Assembly: GCA_048885535.1 (NCBI GenBank)
Contig: JBHLLO010000036.1
Span: 1-17,000, forward strand
Length of the DNA stretch: 17,000 nucleotides
Source: Candidatus Hermodarchaeota archaeon
GTDB lineage: Archaea > Asgardarchaeota > Lokiarchaeia > Sigyniarchaeales > SOKP01
Direction: 5' to 3'
Positions 1 to 5,940 of the stretch are shown piece after piece. The position numbers and the translations under genes were made by a program. The stretch's first letter is position 1. Every line of letters begins with the position of its first letter. The notes under the pieces were generated by a model. It searched no databases. It was not told the origin of the DNA and was given only the letters and a program-made list of their open reading frames with translations.

Positions 1-444
1 AATCAAATTAAGATGAATAAGGATGCAATAGAATTGGGTTTACCTAGAAATCGCATAGTTATGGATCCAACTTGTGCAACATTAGGTTATGGGATGGAAT
101 ATAGTTTCAGTATCTATCAAAGAATGCGAATTGCTGGATTGTTAGGTGAAGAGGATTTAGCTTATCCAATCAGTGGAGGAACCACAAACGCTTGGGGGGC
201 TCGCGAAGCATGGATGAGTGAGAAGCAGGCTCCTGATTGGGGACCAAGAGCCTACAGGGGTCCCATCTGGGAAATAATCAATGCATTATCTTTATCGCTT
301 GTGGGACTTGACCTCGCTATGATGTTCCACCCTGTTGCTGCAAAACATCTGAAAGATATTACTTCCCAATTCTTTGCTGAAATTCCAAAAGTAATGGAAG
401 ATAAAGGATATTACGATTGGGTATCGGCAAGAATAAAACGTTAA
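1..444 (+). CDS. cdhD: Acetyl-CoA decarbonylase/synthase complex delta subunit (corrinoid Fe-S protein small subunit), 3' part; 5' end lies outside the window
   Basis: Frame is open from base 1 (aat caa att aag atg), so the ATG at 13 is internal. Motifs IVMDPT..LGYGMEY, AW.AREAW, WG....RG..WE and MMFHP match the CdhD/AcsD C-terminal half. Confidence 0.92.
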   Translation, partial: NQIKMNKDAIELGLPRNRIVMDPTCATLGYGMEYSFSIYQRMRIAGLLGEEDLAYPISGGTTNAWGAREAWMSEKQAPDWGPRAYRGPIWEIINALSLSLVGLDLAMMFHPVAAKHLKDITSQFFAEIPKVMEDKGYYDWVSARIKR

Positions 445-493
445 AACTGTATTCAATTTACTTTATTAAATTTAGTCCTTTTTTACGTCCTAA

Positions 494-533
494 TTTTCTC
501 TTTCTTTAACTTATAAAGAAAGAGTAAAAAAAA
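494..533. terminator. Hairpin between convergent genes; candidate bidirectional terminator or 3' stabiliser
   Basis: Perfect 11-bp inverted repeat CTCTTTCTTTA (498-508) / TAAAGAAAGAG (514-524) with a 5-nt loop, flanked by T4 and A8 tracts, between the stops of cdhD (444) and the minus-strand ORF (542). Confidence 0.55.
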
Positions 534-541
534 TATTATAA

Positions 542-775
542 TTATTTGTATTCCAAATACCAGATAAGGACAGCAACACAGAATATAATCAAAAGAACAA
601 GGAACGTCCATCCAAATACTACCAAGTATAGTTCTCCAACGGCTTGTTCAGTACATGAAGGATCTCCAAATCCACAAATATTAGAAGCTATAATATTCGT
701 TATGATAAATCCAACAATAAAGGAAATTATTACGATTACTACAAAAAAGATTAAGACTTTATACCCTCTTTTCAT
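542..775 (-). CDS. Small hypothetical membrane protein with two predicted TM helices
   Basis: 77 aa, ATG start, basic N-terminus (MKRGYK), two long hydrophobic stretches separated by a loop containing C-x6-C (CGFGDPSC). Confidence 0.7.
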   Translation of the reverse strand: MKRGYKVLIFFVVIVIISFIVGFIITNIIASNICGFGDPSCTEQAVGELYLVVFGWTFLVLLIIFCVAVLIWYLEYK

Positions 776-1003
776 TTTTAAACACTTATAAATCTAAATA
801 AATTAAAAGAAATTGATTTATATTATATATTTGGTTATATAAACATTTCCAAAAATGTATATAGTACGCAATCAACACTCTCTAAAAACGTTTCAAATCA
901 AATTTAAAATTCAGCTTTAGTTATGATCTATATTCACAAGTTTTATATATTCTATTTAGCTATGTTACAATGAATAAAGTAATTTATTACGGGGGCACTT
1001 AAA

Positions 1004-1108
1004 ATGAGATTAACAAAAATCTATACATATTTCCTAACAATTATAGGGGTTTCAGCTTTATTTGTTTTAGGCTATTTGTTTATACTTCTTGGTAGCCTTT
1101 TTTTCTAG
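1004..1108 (+). CDS. Putative 34-aa single-pass membrane microprotein (not in the ORF track)
   Basis: Hand translation: MRLTKIYTYFLTIIGVSALFVLGYLFILLGSLFF*. G-rich GGGGG at 991-995 ahead of the ATG and TATA-like TTTTATATAT at 941-950. Confidence 0.5.
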   Translation: MRLTKIYTYFLTIIGVSALFVLGYLFILLGSLFF

Positions 1109-1177
1109 TTAATTTAGTATATTCGAAATATATTGAATTTGTGATATATCTTTCAAACCATCCCATTTTTAATAATA

Positions 1178-1384
1178 TTATAAAGGGGGTTGGGCATCAG
1201 GTCGAGATTCTGTAGCTGGTTTGCCTTCTATACCCCAGTGGCTCTTGGGAATTTCATGAACAACAACTTCTACAGCTCTGGCAGGGATGCCCATATCGAT
1301 AAAGACCGTAGTTATTCCCGATATTATTTGTTTGACTTTTTCTTCGGAGATTCCTTTCCACATATTTACATGTACAATAGGCAT
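1178..1384 (-). CDS. 4-oxalocrotonate tautomerase family protein
   Basis: 68 aa, N-terminal MP giving catalytic Pro-1, beta-alpha-beta pattern and V.V.V.E.P..HWG..G signature. Confidence 0.88.
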   Translation of the reverse strand: MPIVHVNMWKGISEEKVKQIISGITTVFIDMGIPARAVEVVVHEIPKSHWGIEGKPATESRPDAQPPL

Positions 1385-1503
1385 ACTTTTTTTCCTGATA
1401 TATTTATTTTAAAATATATTTAATTGGAATATTATATAAGATTATCACAATTTCCTAATTTTAAATCTGAAAAAGAAAATAATGAATGAATAGGAATAGG
1501 AAA

Positions 1504-1731
1504 CTAGGCTTTTTGTATTTTTATAGAAAAATCTTCCCCTTCGATTTTAAAATCAACGATTTTGTTTTGTGTTTTTAAAATATATCTTTTAATATTTTCA
1601 CCTGCTTCGGCAAAATCTCCAGAAACTTCGAGAATATCACCACTCTCTAGCTCCATCAATTTTCTTTTAGTTTTTGCTACAGGCAAGGGACATACTAAAC
1701 CATTACACTTTAATGTATGAGTGTTTGTCAA
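1504..1731 (-). CDS. TusA/SirA/YedF-family sulfur carrier protein
   Basis: L...GLVCPLP (CPxP) motif, L..LESGDILEV..D and C-terminal F.IKIQK. The family length of about 75 aa suggests a TTG start at 1731 (GTG at 1740 is an alternative) rather than the track start at 1803, which overlaps the DsrE-family gene. Confidence 0.88.
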   Translation of the reverse strand: MTNTHTLKCNGLVCPLPVAKTKRKLMELESGDILEVSGDFAEAGENIKRYILKTQNKIVDFKIEGEDFSIKIQKA

Positions 1732-1753
1732 ACTAATCACTAATATTTTTATC

Positions 1754-2113
1754 TTAACTAAATAAAATGTTATCTGCTTCCACACACATATCCACGAAAT
1801 CATGCATGGTAGTTACTGATACGCCTTCCATAAGTTCATCTCCAGAAACACCTCTCGCTTTCATGCAAACAGAACAAGCTGCTACTTTTGCCCCCTCTTC
1901 GATTACATCTCCCATCCATTTTCCAACATTATCGTAATTAGCTGGTCCTTGATTTTTTTTTCCTACAAATATACCATCTTCAACTAAAAAGATATTTACT
2001 TTATGACCATCTAATAATGCAGTATAAACAAATCTTAACATTGTAAAAGGGCGTTCTTTGGTATAAGGACCATCAGCAATTACTACTGTGAATATTTTAA
2101 GTTTTTCAGCCAA
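1754..2113 (-). CDS. DsrE/DsrF/TusD-family sulfur relay protein
   Basis: 119 aa with GPY, IFLVEDG and ACSVCMKARG (conserved Cys of the DsrE family); TTG start. Confidence 0.9.
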   Translation of the reverse strand: MAEKLKIFTVVIADGPYTKERPFTMLRFVYTALLDGHKVNIFLVEDGIFVGKKNQGPANYDNVGKWMGDVIEEGAKVAACSVCMKARGVSGDELMEGVSVTTMHDFVDMCVEADNILFS

Positions 2114-2218
2114 GATTATTTACCAAAAAATTTTTTAAAGTTATTGTGATTTTAAAAGAAAAAAGATTTATTAGTTTTTTCGAAATTAAATATTTATTTT
2201 TTAGATAAAATGTTATAT

Positions 2219-2254
2219 AATGGAATTCGTTATCTATAATAGAAAAATTCCATT
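2219..2254. promoter_or_regulatory. Inverted repeat in the divergent dsrE/lysR intergenic region; candidate operator
   Basis: AATGGAATT (2219-2227) / AATTCCATT (2246-2254) is a perfect 9-bp IR with an 18-nt spacer containing a nested IR TCTAT-A-ATAGA (2233-2243). It abuts the palindromic TATA-like TTATATAA (2213-2220). Confidence 0.5.
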
Positions 2255-2288
2255 TTTGAATAATAAAAATAATAGAAATGAAAAAGAA

Positions 2289-3197
2289 ATGAATATTGAA
2301 TATCTTCGGAATTTTATTAAATTAACCCAGTATAAAAGTTTCTCAGAATTAGCAAAGGATTTACCTATTTCTCAGAGTACTTTATCTCATCAAATTTCTC
2401 AGTTGGAAAAAGATTTCGGTGTCATATTGATAGAACGGACGACAAAAAAGTTCGATTTAACTGAAGCTGGACAAATACTCTTAAATTATGCAAAAAAGAT
2501 TATAAAACTCTATGATTCATGTAAACAAGAATTGATCAAATTTAGTGATCAAAAGTTTGAAGAAATCGTTATTTCAGCCTCTACGATACCTGGTTCTCAT
2601 ATTCTACCAAAATATATTGCCGAATTTCGGAATTTGAATCCTAATGTTCATTTTAAAGTATTAATAAATAATTCTCAAAAATCGATAGAGAATTTAAAAA
2701 GAGGTTTAGCTGATTTTGCTGGAATCGGTAGTTTTATTAATTATGATAAAGCTGAGTTTGATTATATCGAAATAGGAGTAGATGAATTTAATTTCATATG
2801 CTCTCCCAGTCATGCTTTGCTGAATAATGGTACTGGTGAAATATCTTTCGATAGCCTTACAAAATATCCCTTTATATGGCGAGAATCTGGATCTGGAATG
2901 AGAGATACATTTCAAAAACAATTTCCAAATTATATAAAATTAAATATTAAACTTGAAATGAATGATAATGATTCCATTATAACAGTTGTAAGCGAATCAA
3001 ATTATATTAGTGTGATGAGTGAAATGATGGTAATTAAGGCCGAAAAAGCAGGATTGATTAAGAAACTAAAAATTAAAGAATATCCAATTATCGTAAAACG
3101 ACCTTTATATTTTATTAAATTGGAAGAGACAACAGAATTGAGTATATTAAAGAAGAAATTCTGGAATTATATTTCCCAAAAAACTAAAAAAAGATAA
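2289..3197 (+). CDS. LysR-family transcriptional regulator, CysL-like / selenium-metabolism-associated type
   Basis: N-terminal wHTH (SFS.LAK.L.ISQSTLSHQISQLEKDFGV.LIER), ASTIPG..ILP and RESGSG.R motifs in the effector domain. The start at ATG 2289 (MNIEYL) fits the family better than 2220. Confidence 0.92.
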   Translation: MNIEYLRNFIKLTQYKSFSELAKDLPISQSTLSHQISQLEKDFGVILIERTTKKFDLTEAGQILLNYAKKIIKLYDSCKQELIKFSDQKFEEIVISASTIPGSHILPKYIAEFRNLNPNVHFKVLINNSQKSIENLKRGLADFAGIGSFINYDKAEFDYIEIGVDEFNFICSPSHALLNNGTGEISFDSLTKYPFIWRESGSGMRDTFQKQFPNYIKLNIKLEMNDNDSIITVVSESNYISVMSEMMVIKAEKAGLIKKLKIKEYPIIVKRPLYFIKLEETTELSILKKKFWNYISQKTKKR

Positions 3198-3214
3198 AGT
3201 TAAAAAATAAAATC

Positions 3215-4567
3215 CTATTTGATTATCATTCCTGTCTTGTCAAAATTTAAGAAGTAGCTAATTTTTTCCTTTAATGGATATAATCCTTCCTTAAATAATG
3301 TGATTAAGAAGATAACGACGAAAAAAATAGAACCTAATCCTGGAGCAAAATTGCTAATGAAATCTACAAAGGATGATGATGGATCTATAGAAAATATCGT
3401 GAAGATTAGAGATGCAACTGCTACAATTACAGAGAGGAATGAAATTATAGCAGCAGTCCTTTTGCTAATGTCAAGATGTATGGGACCTATATCTAGGTGA
3501 AAATGTTTGGGTTGTACGATTATTGAAAGAATTGTATGATTAATGATTTTCTCTTCAAAATCCACATATACATGCAAAAATCTTCTTTCTCCTTCTTTTT
3601 TCTCTTTTTTAGTTTTGCTTTTTTTCTTTATTGGAAAAATTGAGAAGATCATTACTGGAGGATTTACTGCATCCTTTTTTACTTCTACCTTACCATATAG
3701 TGGATGAACTTCAAATCCATCTCCTTCCACTCTCAAATTTAATATAGGGGGTTCTTTTTTGAGAGTTTCAATCCTAATTGTTGTCTCAAATACCGTTTTT
3801 CCCTCTTCATCTATTATTTTCAATTCCTTATGGGAAAAGTAAACATAAAATAAATAGCTCATCCGTTCCATCATTACAGAATAATATTGGAGCCCCATGT
3901 TGAGTTCATACACAGTTGGTTTAGGTGGTTCAGTAATTACGCTTTCTGCAACTTTCTCCTCATCTCTTAACATTCTCGCTGGAATGGGTCCTGCTGCAGG
4001 AGGAGCTTCTGCAGGGGCAGGTGGAGCTATAGAGGGTTTAGGTTCCATCTCTCGTAATTTCCTATTGTCATCAAAAGAAATTTCCTCTTCCACTTCTTCG
4101 TATGTTTCTAGAATATCTTCCTCTCCTTTAACATCAAAATAATCCTCTTTTAGAAGTTCTCTATCTTCTTTATCTGCCCTTTTTACTTCAGATTTAACCA
4201 TAGAAGCTTTTTTAGCTTTTGCTTTTTCTCTCTTTTCTGGCTGTATTAATTGGTATTCTTTTTTAGGTTCTTCTTTCTTTTTTTCTGCTTCTCTCTTTGA
4301 TAATAATTTTAATTTCTTTAATTTTATACTCTCTTTTATGGGGATACGAGTAACAAAATCCACAACGAACACATTCTCACGTGTTAATAAGACATCTACA
4401 AAAGAGTTATGTAAATCATCTAGAATTTTCCTTAATTTTGTAGATTTCTTATAATTTCCTATGAAAACGAAATCAAAAATGTATATGGATAATACTTCTG
4501 TTTTTTTATCATAAAAAATCTTATTGCTTTCGATTTCCAGTTTGTTTATAGTTTGTAGAGTTTCCAT
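3215..4567 (-). CDS. Hypothetical C-terminally anchored membrane protein
   Basis: 450 aa: small N-terminal domain, long K/E-rich then Pro/Ala-rich linker, beta-strand-rich domain, and two hydrophobic helices near the C-terminus. Confidence 0.8.
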   Translation of the reverse strand: METLQTINKLEIESNKIFYDKKTEVLSIYIFDFVFIGNYKKSTKLRKILDDLHNSFVDVLLTRENVFVVDFVTRIPIKESIKLKKLKLLSKREAEKKKEEPKKEYQLIQPEKREKAKAKKASMVKSEVKRADKEDRELLKEDYFDVKGEEDILETYEEVEEEISFDDNRKLREMEPKPSIAPPAPAEAPPAAGPIPARMLRDEEKVAESVITEPPKPTVYELNMGLQYYSVMMERMSYLFYVYFSHKELKIIDEEGKTVFETTIRIETLKKEPPILNLRVEGDGFEVHPLYGKVEVKKDAVNPPVMIFSIFPIKKKSKTKKEKKEGERRFLHVYVDFEEKIINHTILSIIVQPKHFHLDIGPIHLDISKRTAAIISFLSVIVAVASLIFTIFSIDPSSSFVDFISNFAPGLGSIFFVVIFLITLFKEGLYPLKEKISYFLNFDKTGMIIK

Positions 4568-4766
4568 ATTTAATTTTCATCTCAAATTTTTGATAACAGC
4601 TTTCTTGATTTAAAGCCATAATTTTTATTATTAATTATAAGAACTATAATATTTATGAACTTTTCTGAATATATATTAGAAGAAAGTAGTAAACTCAATT
4701 GAAAGTTAGTGAAAATAACAAATTCTTTATAAAATGGGAAGTAATAGAAACTTAATGCAACTTTTG

Positions 4767-5774
4767 TTAGGTTATTAAATCTCTAAAAAAAGATTTTATT
4801 TTTGGTAAGTAACTTTTTAGATCCCGCAGTTTATTTATTTCCTTATCATTCCCAATTACTTTTTCTATTGCTTCATTCATCAATTGAAGGTCTTTATAAG
4901 ATCTATAACTCTCATGAGTTTGAGTCTCAAAATTGCCAAACCAAGGCTTTAACTTAGGAATTGATTCAATTTGCCTTAAATCCCAGTTTAATGATCTTTT
5001 ATATTCATCAGTTAGGGGCTTTAAGTTTTCTGCAGTCCAGTTCATTACTACCCAAGGAGCATAATCATGTAATTTATCATAATCAATTTCTAGGTCATCT
5101 CTCCATTCGAATTGATGGTCCCAATTCGCGATTGCTAAATAATTTTCATTTAGGCTCTTTTCATACGGAAAAAATCTCCAAGAGTTTCTATCTATATTTT
5201 CACTTCTAAAGGGCTTACCTTCTCCATATTGAAAAAAAAATCCTAAAACATTTAACTTTTTAGGATCGTCTTTATCTTTTTTCAAATAAACTTCAATTTG
5301 GCCAATATCAATCTTACTTTTTAACAAAAACTCCTGATACAATTTGTATATAACGTTTTTAGCTTTATTTGGATGGCATTTCCCCGAAAAAACGGAGTAA
5401 TAAGAAAAACAATAATATGTATCAGTTCCTCCAATTACACTTTCATATATTTCAATCCAACATTCAAGTGGTTTGATTCTGACATTTGAACGTATATAAA
5501 TCAGCAATAATATTACATCTGTTATTACGGCAACTATTATAACTATAAGAAATAATGTCAAACTAAAATAAAATTCTATAAAAATTATGGATAATGCGAT
5601 GTAGATAAGTAAAAATCCTGCAATAAAGAAAAAAGCTATCAAGGCATTATAAACTTCGGGCTCTTTGTCTTTTTTCGAATAGAGCATGGTAGGTGCTGTT
5701 TCAATTACAATACTTCTGTTGAAATTGTTAATAAAGTCTTGGAAGTTTACTTTATGCCATTCAGAATTAGACAT
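4767..5774 (-). CDS. Hypothetical membrane protein with an N-terminal TM hairpin
   Basis: 335 aa, two hydrophobic helices at about aa 42-94 followed by a Trp/Tyr-rich soluble domain; no motif recognised. Confidence 0.8.
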   Translation of the reverse strand: MSNSEWHKVNFQDFINNFNRSIVIETAPTMLYSKKDKEPEVYNALIAFFFIAGFLLIYIALSIIFIEFYFSLTLFLIVIIVAVITDVILLLIYIRSNVRIKPLECWIEIYESVIGGTDTYYCFSYYSVFSGKCHPNKAKNVIYKLYQEFLLKSKIDIGQIEVYLKKDKDDPKKLNVLGFFFQYGEGKPFRSENIDRNSWRFFPYEKSLNENYLAIANWDHQFEWRDDLEIDYDKLHDYAPWVVMNWTAENLKPLTDEYKRSLNWDLRQIESIPKLKPWFGNFETQTHESYRSYKDLQLMNEAIEKVIGNDKEINKLRDLKSYLPKIKSFFRDLIT

Positions 5775-5940
5775 AATTTAAGAAAAAATTTGGTGTTATA
5801 TTTAAAAATCGTTTGATCTCATTAAAGGGTATTTATATTTATATTTTAGTACCTCGAATCCAATCTTTTTGGAAATGATTAAATTATCTCACTTTGAAAT
5901 TTTTAATTTTTATAATACATTATTGAAATTGATTCTAATT

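Noticed and set aside
836-863. Imperfect inverted repeat around ACATTT/AAATGT
   Set aside because: Only a 6-bp perfect core in very AT-rich DNA, expected by chance.
4521-4619. Short minus-strand ORF (MALNQESC...) overlapping the start of the 450-aa gene, suggesting a frameshift or uORF
   Set aside because: No supporting motif or homology visible, and the main ORF has its own ATG; likely chance.
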